From positions 102,424,001 through 102,488,000 of the forward strand of contig CM059429.1 of NCBI GenBank assembly GCA_030390025.1: DNA of 64,000 bases. Reading direction: 5' to 3'. The notes beneath the pieces were generated by a model. That model had not been told where the DNA came from and ran no database searches. It saw nothing but the letters and a program-made list of their open reading frames with translations. Position numbers and translations under genes: made by a program. Of the stretch, positions 1 to 12,899 are shown piece by piece. The DNA comes from Squalus acanthias. Taxonomy: Eukaryota. Numbering within the stretch: position 1 is the first letter of the stretch; every line of letters starts with the position of its first letter.

Positions 1-53
1 GCGGAACAGGCTCGAGGGGCTGAATGGCCAGTCCTGTTCCTACGTTCATATGT
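1..53 (+). mobile_element. CR1 LINE 3' terminal fragment
   Basis: GGCTCGAGGGGCTGAATGGCC..TCCTGTTCCTA matches the CR1 3' end seen in reverse at 11371-11425; truncated by the window edge. Confidence 0.75.
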
Positions 54-597
54 CTACTATGTCAGTGACTTTATTTGAATCCAATGTTCACAGGATGAGG
101 CAACAAAATACTGAACAAAAACAGATTTTGAGCGATTTAATTTTGCCTTTTATTGATAGCTGTTGCAACAGCCCATTTTAGATTTGTAATTTTTTTAAAT
201 TTCATGCTTGATGTTTCAAATCCATGCTTGATACTTGCTCATTTATACATTCTGCACCTGTTCATTTGTGTTTTAGCAGAAATTTCAACAATGAAAAGCA
301 GGTGAAAGTGGGACTCAGAAACTAAAGTGTGACACTTGACATGTGATGTGAAAGTGTGTCAGGCAATAGGAAGTGCATCACCAAAATGTGACAGGCAAAC
401 TGAGCCCTAGATGGGCTGAAATTCCTTGAGCCCACACCAGCGCTGGAAGTAGCAGTGAGGCAGGACTTCTGGCCACCTATCTGGCCCAACAATGACCATG
501 CCCCAAATATTAGGGAGGGGAACATTAGCATAAAAGTGGGCACGTGAGCGTCTGTTATGTGGGAGGTCAGGAAAATCGGAGCAGCTGTCACTCATCT

Positions 598-980
598 CAC
601 CCTTGACACTCCTTCACTCCCTCCATGGCCTCGCCCCTCCCTGTCTCTGTAACCTCCTCCAGCCCTACAACCCTCCGACAACTCTGCATTCCTCTAACTC
701 GGGCCTCTTGAGCATCTCCCACTTCCATCGCCCCACCATTGGCGACGTGCCTTCAGCTGTCTAGGTCCTCAGCTCTGGACTTCCCTCCACAAACCTCTCC
801 ACCACTCTCTCCTCCTTTAAGATGCTCCTTAAAACTGCCTCTTTGACCAAGCTTTTGGTCATCTGCCCTAATATCCCCTATGTGTCTCGGGGTCACACTT
901 TGTTTGATCACGCTCCTGTGAAGCACCTTGGGACGTTGTACGACATTAAAGGCGCTACATAAATGGAAGCTGTTGTCGTC
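598..980 (+). mobile_element. L2 LINE 3' end fragment
   Basis: CTCCTCCAGCCCTACAACCCTCCG..GCCTTCAGCTG..AAAGGCGCTACATAAAT is shared with the L2 copy at 23400-23850. Confidence 0.8.
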
Positions 981-1509
981 AGCGTCCTAGGCCACTGGTG
1001 AGATACAATTCACCTCTACCATAGTTACAGCGGTGGAATGGGGTCACATTTCTATCCTTATTTGTAGGTTCAGTTTTGTAGTATGTGGAGATGACTGGAA
1101 TGAAAAACAATTTCCAGTTTGTAACAGCTTCTAATAATTTTACACAAACTGAAACCAGCCACAGTCTATATTTAAGCCTCACATTGATATATTATGAAGC
1201 AGAATCACTTCCTTATTGAAATTATGGTTTCAGTAAACGGTTATGATCTTTATATTGTACAGGTTTCTATAATTAACCTTCAGTGCTAGTGTACATTTTA
1301 TGTTTATACCAGTAGATTGACCTCATGTGGCTTTACTCACAGGTGGTAAGGGCGCTTGCTCTCAAGTTGGGTTGAAATGCAAGAAACGTGGCTGTAGAGT
1401 TGGCTCAGCAACCCTTTTCTTTTTTATGGTTTTGGGATATGAATGGTCCTTGTTAAGCAGACGGCAGATAATATCACAAAGTTAGCATGGCCAAGTCAGA
1501 AAAGCAATA

Positions 1510-1830
1510 CTTCTTCGGCAGCACCTCCCAAACCCGTGACCTCCACCACCTAGAAGGACAAGGGCAGCAGGTGCATAGGAACACCACCATCTCTACATTC
1601 CCCTCAAGTCACACAGTATCCTCGCATGGACATAAATCGTCGTTCCTTCATTGTCCTTGGGTCAAAATCCTGGAACTCCCTGCCGAACAGCACTGTGGGA
1701 GTACCTTCACCACGTGGACTGCAGCAGTTCAAGAAAGCCCATCACCACCTTTTTCAAGGGAAACTAGGGATGGGCAATAAATGCTAGCCTTGCCAGCAAG
1801 GACCACAGTCTGAAGAATGATAAAGAAAAA
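1510..1830 (+). mobile_element. 3' fragment of the APE-RT LINE family seen at 3818-6548
   Basis: Collinear with 6230-6545 (CCACCTAGAAGGACAAGGGCAGCAGGTGCAT..TAGGGATGGGCAATAAATGCT). Confidence 0.85.
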
Positions 1831-2782
1831 CATTTAGTCAAACATTCATATAGACACAAAACATTTTATTAGTAAGATTTTTTTAACTTGCTCGTACATG
1901 CAAGCCCATTGGTGCTCTATGATGGTAGGAATTGGTAGGACATTATTTGCAAAGTGGATTTTCAATCTCTGCTGTACCAAGTGGGGGGAACAGAACCAAG
2001 GCATTTCTCTTGAGAGGCAGGGCCAATCAAACTGCAAAATCTTTGCACACTTAGTGCATGGATCAAGAACAGCAGATGCCTAGGGAACAGAAAGGGGTCG
2101 ATCTTAACAACGCTGAAACTGTATGAACCGTAGGCGGTAAAGGCCTTAAAACGGGGTCGGTAGGCTTACCATCATTTTGTAAAGGGCCTAACCCTGGGTG
2201 GCTGCAGCCAGCTCTAACCATGCAAACCGGAATCCTAATGATGTAGTTAGAACACTGATTGCAATTCTAAGGGACACATGGGTGGAAGGTGTATAACGCA
2301 CACATGGCCCATGTGTACTGGCATTGAGTGGCCTAAGCAGTTGTCTTTAAAGGGACCGCTGCTGGGCGTTCAGGAAACAACCACAAAAATACTTTACACT
2401 TGTATTTTTATTGAGCCAGAAGGAACGGGGGTGCACCTCCAGGCTCCCTCCCACCCCCTTTCCCGGAGAGCCCTACTCTTCTGCTGTAAGTCTGAGCGTG
2501 AACTTGGAATGATTACTGGAGCTACAATTATTGGGTTGAACTGAGCTGACCATTTGTCGATAAATATCTTGGTTCTTCCGGATTGGCTGCTGTTCATATC
2601 AATTACAGAAAATTCCTTCACTCTTTATTTTGGCTCCAGAATGCAGGTTAATTATCCTTCGCTTCTAAATCCAAATGAACGTGCCAGGACTTGTTCGTAA
2701 ATTAATTCCCTGTGAATTTTGTTTCTGAATTAAAAACCTCAAAGCAACATATACCATGAACCTCTGGAATTTCAAAGTGTAC

Positions 2783-2975
2783 GCACTCCCACCTCTGAGT
2801 CAGAAGGTTGTAGGTTTAAGCCCCACTCCAGTTCTTGAGCTGCTACTTAAGTGCAGCATCGAGACATGGCTTCATTGTCTGAAGTGTCATCCTTCAGCTG
2901 TGACATTAACCAGGTTCCATCTGCAAGTCCGAATGGGTGTTAAAGATCTCATGGCACTATTCAAAGAAGAACAGG
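2783..2975 (+). mobile_element. tRNA-derived Deu-domain SINE, 5' part
   Basis: CCTCTGAGTCAGAAGGTTGTAGGTTTAAGCCCCACTCCAG head and AAAGATCTCATGGCACTATT match the SINE copies at 51732-52270 and 61835-62280. Confidence 0.6.
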
Positions 2976-3817
2976 ATTGTGGAATCGCCTCTTGAATTGA
3001 AATTTATTAAAGGTGTATTAGAAAAACAAAATATGAAATGCACTTATTACTGCACTTTCATGGTATAAGTAATATGACCAATATGATGTATTTTTTTTCT
3101 TTTTTCAATCACAAACCCGAACTTTAATGTTCATGTTATGCAGCTGGGTCAATAATTGTGTAAATGATCTGTGTTGCACTGATCATCTACTGTGAACATT
3201 GCAATGAAGTCGAGTCACCAGATAGATCAACATTGTCTCTCAGACTAGCTTTAAAAAAAAGTATTAAAAATAATGATTTATTTTAAATGAAATACGTATT
3301 ATATATAATAGATAGTGGCAATAGAGGCTGTGGATTAAAGGGATTTAGATAATGTAATAAGCCGTAAGATTGCTATTTGATTTCCCCAAAGATTTTAACT
3401 CTCCCACAGCTCCTGTTTCACAATCTGTCATTTTATGTATTGCACTGTGTATTTTTTTAAGTAGCATCCTGAAATAGATGGATCTTAACATTATAGCTGG
3501 GCTGTGATATTTTGTTTAGATGATCGGTATCATATGAATATTTTCACACAGCTGCACAACATGAAGAACAAAGCAATGAATATGCACTATTTAATTTCCT
3601 GGTTGTGAAAAGGAAAATAAAAAATTACCACAATAAAGGGCATTAACATAGTGACATTACTTTAAATTTCATGTCATTGGCAAATAAATGCAATCAGCTT
3701 GTTTTCGGCAGTAGAGTAGAGGAGGGTTCAGTACACACTGCGTATCATATGAATAACATGTAAAGAATACAGGGGGATTCTCACTAGGGTGCTGCACTGC
3801 ACCTTCCAGCAACCAGT

Positions 3818-6548
3818 CCTTCAGGGAAGGAAATCTGCCGTCCTTACCTGGTCTGGCCTATATGTGACTCCAGACCCACAGCAGTGTGGCTCTTAACTGT
3901 CCTCTGAAATGGCCTAGCAAGCCACTCAGTTGTAAAAAAAAACGCTACGAAAAACAATAAGAATAAAACCGGACGGACCACCTGGCATCGACCTCGGCAC
4001 CGGCTATGGACGCGACAACAGCACACCCAGCCCAGTCGACCCTGTAAAGTCCTCCTCCCCAACATCTGGGCACTTGTGCCAAAATTGGGACAGCTGTCCC
4101 ACAGACTAGTCAAGCAACAGCCTGACATAGTCATACTCACAGAATCATACCTTTCAGCCAATGTCCCAAACTCCTCCATCACCATCCCTGGGTATGTCCT
4201 GGCCCACCCGCAGGACAGACCCTCCAGAGGTGGCGGCACAGTGGCATACAGTCGGGAAGGAGTGGCCCTGGGAGTCCTCAACATTGACTCCGGACCCCAT
4301 GAAGTCCCATGGCTTCAGGTCAAGCATAGGCAAGGAAACCTCCTGCTGATTACCACCTACCGCCCTCCTTCAGCTGATGAATCAGTACTCTTCCATGTTG
4401 AACACCACTTGGAAGAAGCACTGAGAGTAGCAAGGGCACAGAATGTACTCTGGGTGGGGGACATCAATGTCCATCACCAAGAGTGGCTCGGTAGCTCCAC
4501 TACTGACCGAGCTGGCTGAGTCCTGAAGGACATAGCTCCCAGTCTGGGCCTGCGACAGGTGGTGAGAGAACCAACACAAGGAAAAAACCTACTTGACCTC
4601 GTCCTCACCAATCTACCTGTCGCAGATGCATCTGTCCAGTGACCACCGCACGGTCATTGTGGAGATGAAGTCCCTTCTTCACACTGAGGACACCCTCCAT
4701 TGTGTTGTGTGGCACTACCACCGTGCTAAATGAGATAGATTTGGAACAGATCTAGCAGCTCAAAACTGGGCATCCATGAGGCGCTGTGGGCCATCAGCAG
4801 CAGCAGAATTGTATTCCACCACAATCTGTAACCTCATGGCCCGGCATGTCCCTCGCTTACCATTACCATTTAGCCAGGGGACCAACCCTGGTTCAATAAG
4901 GAGTGTAGAAGAGCATGCCAGGAGCAGCACCAGGCATACCTAAAAATGCGGTGCCAACCTGGGGAAGCTGCAACACAGGACTACATGCATACTAAAAAGC
5001 GGAAGCAGCATGCTATAGACAGAGCTAAGCGATCCCACAATCAACAGATCAGATCAAAGCTCTGCAGTCCTGCCACATCCAGTCGTGAATGGTGGTGGAT
5101 CATTAAACAACTAACGGGAGAAGGAGGCTCCATGAATATCCCCATCCTCGATGATGGTGGAGCCCAGCACGTGAGTGCAAAAGACAAAGCTGATGCGTTT
5201 GCAACCATCTTCAGCCAGAAGTGCCGAGTGGATGATCCATATCGGCCTCCTCCTGAAGTCCACAGAAGCCAGTCTTCAGCCAATTCGATTCACTCCACAT
5301 GATATCAAGAAATGGCGAAGCGCACTGGATACAGCAAAGACTATGGGCCCCGACAACATCCCGGCTGCCGTGCTGAAGATTTGTGCTCCAGAACTAGCCG
5401 TGCCTCTAGCCAAGCTGTTCCAGTACAGCTACAACACTGGCATCTATCCGACAATGTAAAAAACTGCCAGGTATGTCCTGTTCCAAAAAAGCAGGACAAA
5501 TGCAATCCGGCCAATTACCGCCCCATCAGTCGACTCTCAATCATCAGCAAAGTGATGGAAGGTGTCATCGACAGTGCTATCAAGCAGCACTTACTCACCA
5601 ATAACCTGCTCACTGATGCCCAGTTTGGGTTCTGCCAGAACCACTCGACTCCAGACCTCATTACAGCCTTGGTCCAAATGTGGACAAAGGAGCTGAATTC
5701 CAGAGGTGAGGTGAGAGTGCCTGCCCCTGACATCAAGGCAGCATTTGACCTGGTGTGGCATCAAGGAGCCCTAGTAAAACTGAAGTCAATGGGAATCGGG
5801 CAGAAAACTCCACAAGCTGGAGTTATACCTAGCACAAAGAAAGATGGTTGTGGTGGTTGGAGGTCAATCATCACAGCCCCTGGACATCGCTGCAGGAGTT
5901 CCTCAGGGCAGTGGCCTAGGCCCAACCATCTTCAGCTGCTTCATCAATGACCTTCCCTCCATCATAAGGTCATAAGTGGGGATGTTTGCTGATGACTGCA
6001 GTGTTCAGTGCCATTCACAACTCCTCAGATAATGAAGCAGTCCATGCCCGCATGCAGCAAGACCTGGACGACAGGCTTGGGCTGATAAGTGGCAGGTAAC
6101 ATTCGTGCCACAGAAGTGCCAGGCAATGACTATCTCCGACAAGCGAGAGTCTAACCACCACCCCTTGACATTCAACAGCATGCAGTGTGTACCATTTACA
6201 AGATGCACTGTAGCAACTCGCCAAAGCTTCTTCGGTAGCACTTCCCAAACCTGCGACTTCTACCACCTAGAAGGACAAGGGCAGCAGGTGCATGGGAACA
6301 CCACCACCTCCAGGTTCCCTTCCAAGTCACACACCATCCTGACTTGGAAGTATATCGCCGTTCCTTCATCGTCGCTGGGTCAAAATCCTGGAACCCCCTC
6401 CCTAACAGCACTGTGGGAGTGCCTTTACCACACGACTGCAGCGGTTCAAGAAGGCGGCTCACCACCACCTTCTCAAGGGCAATTAGGGATGGGCAATAAA
6501 TGCTGGCCTTGCCAGCGACGCCCACATCCCACGAACGAATAAAAAAAA
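3818..6548 (+). mobile_element. Degraded APE+RT LINE (CR1/L2-group) with an internal 3' deletion
   Basis: APE motifs PDIVILTESYL, GGGTVAY, GDINVHH; RT motifs GPDNIP, PANYRPIS, QFGF, DIKAAFDLVWH, GVPQGS, FADD spread over several frames with stops; AATAAA and A-tail at about 6538-6548. Confidence 0.9.
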
Positions 6549-8162
6549 GTTCAAAGCTAGAGTTCTTGAAGCAAATCACCCATCTTCCTTTCTTTAATCG
6601 AAAAAGCCGCACATACAAGCAACATAGAAACTAAAAGTTAAAATTCCCATTGTCTTTTTGGATGCCAAAGGGATTCAGATTTCAGGCTCCCATGCAGCAG
6701 CTAGCCACTATGTTTTGGCAGCTGACCCCAGTAGTGCTTGTTAAAAGTCCTCGCCTTCCAGGATTTAGGCCCCCACCCATATACATCCTGCCGGAGGATC
6801 AGCATAGAGTGAGAAGTCTATCCAACTAATGATATTCATAGTTATGTATCAGTGAACTTGGATGGAGCCTAAAGTGAAAACTGTTGAAAGTGGGTTGGGC
6901 TGAATGAGCTGAAAAACTAGGAGGGACATTTAAAGATAGATACCGGTGCTAGGGTATGGGCTGCAGATGAAAATGTGTTTCAGGAGAGGAATGTGAGGCA
7001 ATTAACAAGGCCCTGAGTAGAAGCGAATGCATAAACATCCATGGAATAATTAGCGGAGATTGTGATATATGAAAGGAAGACTATGGTGTCTGGTTTCTTG
7101 CCATGGATTTGATGATGCTATTTGCCCATTGGCTAACAGATATACCCAAAGTTCACTTTAAATTATCAATAGCTTCTGCCCAGTTGACTGTAAAACCAAC
7201 AAGTAGTTTGGGTGAACACCGAACATAAAACCATCTGACTGCAATGACAGAGCATCTGCAGACACAGCCTGTGACTTTCTGTACAAAGGGAGTGCAGAAT
7301 TTCCTTAAAGGTGCATTCCCCAGTGCGACAGGGCTAAGCTGCCCAAATTTCAAAAGGGCTTTTGGAAAAGTTTACTTTTCATTTGTTTGCCTGTTAGAAA
7401 CTTTACTAGGTGCTGGTATGCAGTGGTGTACTCATTTATTTCCACTCACATCTAAAGTTCCAGCACGGGGTTATATTTTCTAGAGGAAGGGGTGGAGCAA
7501 AGGACTTTTATACCAGTGACCCACCAGACCTTTTTTGGGCCTTGGCCTCTCATCCTGCTGCTCTCTAAAAGTGGCCATGTTTACAATCCAGGCCTCTCAG
7601 GCGAGCCTGCACTGTGGATGTGACCGGGCACCTAGCCCACCTAATTTGGATGCACCTCAGCCTGGACAGGTGTAGCAGGCTGCACTATGGCGTGCTGCAC
7701 ATGCCCAGTGCCGGGGCAAAGGGGAGGGGCAGCAAAAATCACTCCCATTAGCTTGTCATTAATTAGTGAAATCAATTGAAAAACATCCTAACTTTCTGTT
7801 TGTATCCTGTTGAAATTGTTACAGGAACCAATTAGTGAAGCTCTGAACTCATTAGTAAGAAATTCTTATCTGCCAGTCAATGTTTTGTGTTGCACTGATT
7901 AACTGATTCATGAAGTGCTAATTTTAGCACTGATCTACTGTAGTTGCTGTGTCACTGTGATCCCCAAAGTTTAATGTCTGTAAATAAATAAATATAAATA
8001 CACACACACTATGAAACTACTTTGAACAATGGGCGTTGATTTTGTCTGGTAAGATGCTTTCTACAACTTCTACTCATGGATAGTTGGCAGTTTTCCTTTT
8101 TAATATTCTATTAACGTGTACTAATTGGTGACAAGGATGCTAGAAAAGTATCCAAAATTATT

Positions 8163-8844
8163 GGGCCGTATTTTCCGATGCCTATGGGTGTGTACGGGCT
8201 GTGTACACACACGTAGGGACATCGGAAATGCCGGTTTCAGACATGCCAAGCGCACGCGCTGAAAACCGGCATTTCCGATCTGTCAAGAATGCTCTTGATA
8301 GATCGGACGCCTGCCCTGGAGAAGGGCCTCTGCGGGGGGAGAGTTCCGCTTTCTGGAGAACCTCCGCCCGCAGAAAGCCCTTAGAAATCTTACGCCAGGC
8401 CTGCTTTTACCAGCATAAGATTTGAAAAAAGTTTTTTTTTTTAATTTCACTCATTTATCATTTAAAAATACTTTAAAAAAGGTAAGTTTATTTTCAAAAA
8501 ATTGAAGTATTGTTTAAAATATTTAAATTATTGTAATTTCAACTAATTTAAAAAATGTGATGTTTTAAAAAAAAAATTATTTAATGTTTTACAGTGTTTT
8601 TGGGGTGATCTCCATTCATATATTTGGCAGGTCTATCTGTCAAGTGTATGAAGGGAGATTCCCTTCTTTGATTGGCTCCCCGTGGCCCACTTGATCTCAG
8701 ATACCTGGGCCCTGCACATTTCGAGTTTGGAGAGGCCCAGGAGCAGAAGTGTCCAGACCTCGGGAGCCCTCAGGTAAGTCCATAGATTTTTTCCAGATCG
8801 GAGGCCTCCGCACGCGGGAAGCCTCCGATCGGAAAATACGGCCC
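8163..8844. mobile_element. Non-autonomous DNA transposon (PIF/Harbinger-type MITE)
   Basis: Perfect 17-bp TIR GGGCCGTATTTTCCGAT / ATCGGAAAATACGGCCC; AT-rich core and internal palindrome related, in reverse, to 30356-31117. Confidence 0.85.
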
Positions 8845-9283
8845 ATGGTATTTTACTAATAAGCCGGAGCAGTGCAACTAACCTTTAGGCCTTGCACTGT
8901 ATACTTGTATTAGTGTACATCATTCATCTTGTACATTTCAGCAGTGTATACACCCAAAACCTAAAGGAGTTCTTTTGAATGATGTACAATAGCAGCAGCA
9001 GAAGATACATCTGTCACAGGTGGACACAGTCATGATACGGGGAAGACTGTCTGACATCCATGTTATACTTTCTTCCCTATTATCTATTTGCCTCCCAGTG
9101 CCATATGCCATGAGAGAGCAGATAGATGACCTGCATCAGGGTCCCTGCCAGTGTTTGCTTTCAGCGGGGGCACCTCCCAAAGAAAAGGAAGGAAAATAAG
9201 TCTTCCTGGGTTAGTATCATACTCTGTTTAACAGAAAGCTCCACAATGATACAGGCATAGTCCTGGGAACAAGTTGAAAATCT

Positions 9284-10132
9284 GGGCTTAGAAATTGGGG
9301 AACGCTGGAAACCTGCCGATAACATTGGCGGCCAAGGATAACGGCTGCCGGACGAGAGAGCGCAGGCAGTCCCGGCATTTTGGTACTGCCTGCTTATATC
9401 ATCAGCGTGGCAATGATTTGCTAGTGCTAATGTCAGAAGGAGGCCAAAGGTCGCCTCGGTCTCCCACCCACAGTGTAGGGGAGCGGGAAGAAGGAGCGAC
9501 CCGAACAATTGCAGTACATGCTCCAAAAATATTAGCTGCCACCTGATGTTTAGCGATTTTTTTTGTTTGTTTATGTCATGAATGCAGATAAAAGAGATTT
9601 TATCACAGATCATTTTCAATCGTTGCAATGGAGTTCACCCATTGATTTACTGACCCACAAACACAGTCGGCCTCCCGGAAAGCTGCCATAAAATGCAACC
9701 CCCCCCCCACCACCACCCTCTACTGATGAGCAAAAAATGAAAGTTTAAAGGAAGAACCTTGGCGAAGGAGGCGTTTGAAGTTCCGGCCTCCATACTCACA
9801 AGTCCTGCCAGACTCCTCATGGCCGTTAATGCCGCTGAAAGACCTGCTAGCGGCAGCAAATATTGGCGTGATTTAGCATGGCCGTCAATCCGAGCGGACA
9901 ACTCCAAAATGGATGAGCTGGCGTCAACTCGGCGTTGCACGCCAATTGACGTCATGCTCCACCTCATTAAAAATACTCTCGCCATTCTCAGTTGATGGCA
10001 GCGCTGCCGACCTGCCGAAAATGGCGGCCGTCGCGGTACTCGCCTCCGGCTGGCAGAAGAGCGCCGGCCGCTGGTTTTTTCGCCATTTCATGGTGCTAAC
10101 GGGTGGCACAAACCACCTGAATTTTTAGGCCC
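9284..10132. mobile_element. MITE (Harbinger-type)
   Basis: Imperfect TIR GGGCTTAGAAATT / AATTTTTAGGCCC, GC-rich subterminal arms and AT-rich centre. Confidence 0.65.
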
Positions 10133-10599
10133 GAGCCTCTTAGAACATGGTATAGGGGCAGTAAAAAACAGGAGAAAATAACAGACACAAACAGAATTGA
10201 AATACTCTTCTCACTGTCCTAAGAATTGCTGGTAGGTTTAAAGATCATTATCTTTGTTTACTTAATGAGTATATAGTTGTTGAGCAAAAAACTGACTCAC
10301 CTGTCAAGTAAAAAAGGTAAATATAGAATTATTATCTTGGCTGTAGAAGCATTTCATTCCATTCAGCCGCACCTTGGAATTAATTGGATTATTGCCTAAT
10401 CATGGTTTAAGGAGAAAATAACTCTCATTACTGATCTTGTGCAACGACCCACGTGTGATTCCAGAATCTGGCACTTCCAGCAGGGAGTGGCACTCGAAGG
10501 GAACACATGTTGGGAAATCACTGGCGCGACAGCCCACGATTTCCTGGCTATTATTTCTCCACGATTTCCCAAGGTGCCTAATCAACTGCCTGATGTGGT

Positions 10600-10830
10600 A
10601 GTGTTGTTCTAAACCATGCAGACTCGGGAGGTTCTGGTTAGTGGTGAGTTAGCTGCACCCAACGGGGGTGCTGACAGGTGTGCAATAATTGGCTTCAATG
10701 CCTCTAAGGAGAGGGAAAACAACCAAGGTTTCTGCACCTGATCGCTATCCATGTGTGTATGTGAGGGCGTGAGTGGGGAAAGGATGGAGCTCAGCTGCGA
10801 TTCCCCTCTTCCCCCATGGTGGGCTATTGG
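10600..10830 (+). mobile_element. Old SINE fragment (MER131-like)
   Basis: GAGTTAGCTG..AATTGGC..CCTGATCGCTATCC motifs shared with 16345-16630; family name recalled from consensus, not verified. Confidence 0.45.
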
Positions 10831-11370
10831 TGCTTGTGGAATCATAACTTAACATGATTCTCCAGTAAGAAAGGTGAGAACAGGAATAAGTAAACAAAAT
10901 TCAACTTTGATATTGCCTTGCTTTGTTCCTTTTGTAAGAAGCATCTAAAAATTGACAGTAATTAAGTACTTTTCCTTTCTTTTCTGACCAGTACTGTTTT
11001 TTGTTCTGGAAAAGCTGTAGGTGGCAGCTGCTTCCTTGAGCTTGTTGTACTTGATTTTTAACTTCTAAAAGTATGCACCTATTGAGGTTTACGGTTTTGG
11101 CCAGGCCACATGGCATTTATGGGAAGGTACACTGTGGCTCCTACAATTTGGCTTACTCTTCGTGGCCTGGTAAGGACACTCCTCCTGATAAGGGTTTAAG
11201 ACACCAACTAAATGACCAGAAAGGATTTCCCACCTCGCCTCTGGGTGCTGCATTGGCTGCCATTCTGCTCACATTTCCCTTGTTAAAGCACGCACTTTGG
11301 GAACCAAACAAGAAGTGTATTACAATGAGAATAGTGAAACCGAGAGTTCTTTAAAATCAAGTGGCTGATT

Positions 11371-12655
11371 ACATAGAAACATAGAAGATAGGAGCAGGAG
11401 TAGGCCATTCGGCCCCTCGAGCCTGCTCCGCCATTCGATGAGATCATGGCTGATCATCCAAACTCAGTACCCTGTACCTGCCTTCTCCCCATATCCCTTG
11501 ATACCTTTAGCTTTAAGAAATATATCTAACTCATTCTTGAATATATTTAATGACTTGGCCTCAACTACCTTCTGTGGTAGAGAATTCCACAGGTTCACCA
11601 CTCTTTGGGTGAAGAAATTCCTCCTCATTTCTGTCCTAACTGGCTTACCCGTTATCCTTAGATTATGACCCCTGGTTCTGGACTCTCCGACCATCGGGAA
11701 CATTCTTCCTGCATCTAGTTTGTCCAGACCTGTCAGAATTTTATATGTTTCGATGAGATCCCCTCTCATTCTTCTATACTCCAGCGAGTATAAGCCCAAT
11801 CGACCCAATCTCTCCTCATATGTCATTCCTGCCATCCCAGGTATCAGCCTTGTGAATCTTCGCTGAACTCCTTCCATGGCAAGAACATCCTTCCTCAGAT
11901 AAGGCGACCAAAACTGCACACAGTACTCAAGGTGTGGTCTCACCAAGGCCCTGTACAACTGCAGCAGGACATCCCTGTTCCTATACTCAAACCCTTTCGC
12001 TATGAAGGCCAACATACCATTTGCCTTCTTCACCGCCTGCTGCACCTGCATGCTTACCTTCAGCGACTGGTGCACAAGGACACCCAGGTCTCGTTGCACT
12101 TCCCCTTCTCCCAATCTATTGCCATTCAGATAATAGTCTGCCTTTCTGTTTTTGACACCAAAGTGGATAACCTCACATTTATCCACGTTATATTGCATCT
12201 GCCACGCTTCTGCCCACTCACCCAACCTGTCCAAATCATCCTGGAGTTTCTCGGTATCCTCCTCGCAGCACACACTCCCACCCAGCTTTGTGTCATCTGC
12301 AAACTTGGAGATATTACATTTAGTTCCCTTATCTAGATCATTAATGTATATTGTGAATAGCTGGGGTCCAAGGACCGATCCCTGCGGTACCCCACTAGTC
12401 ACTGCTTGCCACTCGGAAAAAGACCCATTAATTCCTACTCTCTGCTTTCTGTCCGCCAACCAGTTCTCTATCCAAGTCAATACCTTGCCCCCAATCCCAT
12501 GTGCCTTAACTTTACACGCTAATCTCTTATGCGGGACCTTATCGAAAGCCTTTTGAAAGTCCAAATACACCACATCTACTGGTTCTCCCTTATCTATTTT
12601 CCCAGTTACATCCTCAAAAAATTCCAGTAGATTAGTCAAGCACGATTTACCTTTC
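11371..12655 (-). mobile_element. Young 5'-truncated CR1 LINE
   Basis: Uninterrupted RT ORF plus CR1 3' UTR ending in (TTCTATGT)-type microsatellite at 11371-11385. Confidence 0.95.
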
Positions 12656-12663
12656 TGACTCAT
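11464..12663 (-). CDS. CR1 ORF2 reverse transcriptase, C-terminal half (5'-truncated, open)
   Basis: GKSCLTNLLEFFE, YLDFQKAFDKVPH, GVPQGSVLGP, KFADDTKL, LVRPHLEYCVQFWSP, RRMRGDLIETYK, NLWNSLP; no stops in 399 codons. The ATG is in flank-derived sequence. Confidence 0.9.
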   Translation of the reverse strand: MSQKGKSCLTNLLEFFEDVTGKIDKGEPVDVVYLDFQKAFDKVPHKRLACKVKAHGIGGKVLTWIENWLADRKQRVGINGSFSEWQAVTSGVPQGSVLGPQLFTIYINDLDKGTKCNISKFADDTKLGGSVCCEEDTEKLQDDLDRLGEWAEAWQMQYNVDKCEVIHFGVKNRKADYYLNGNRLGEGEVQRDLGVLVHQSLKVSMQVQQAVKKANGMLAFIAKGFEYRNRDVLLQLYRALVRPHLEYCVQFWSPYLRKDVLAMEGVQRRFTRLIPGMAGMTYEERLGRLGLYSLEYRRMRGDLIETYKILTGLDKLDAGRMFPMVGESRTRGHNLRITGKPVRTEMRRNFFTQRVVNLWNSLPQKVVEAKSLNIFKNELDIFLKAKGIKGYGEKAGTGY

Positions 12664-12899
12664 TTTCTTTAAATTGCATTGCGTTACATTATCACAAGGT
12701 CAGAAGATAAATAAATTCTTATAAGAGGTAGCAGTGTCCTCACTCATCAAAATTAAATGTTTTTTTGTGCACTGTAGTTGCTTTCTTACTGTTACTATTT
12801 AAATTTTAATTGTGGGAGATGGGTGTCCGTGAGCCAGCTCCTGGTGTCTATGCTACTCAATCCAGCTCTCTTAGCCCGATAGCTGACTCAGAGATTGTT

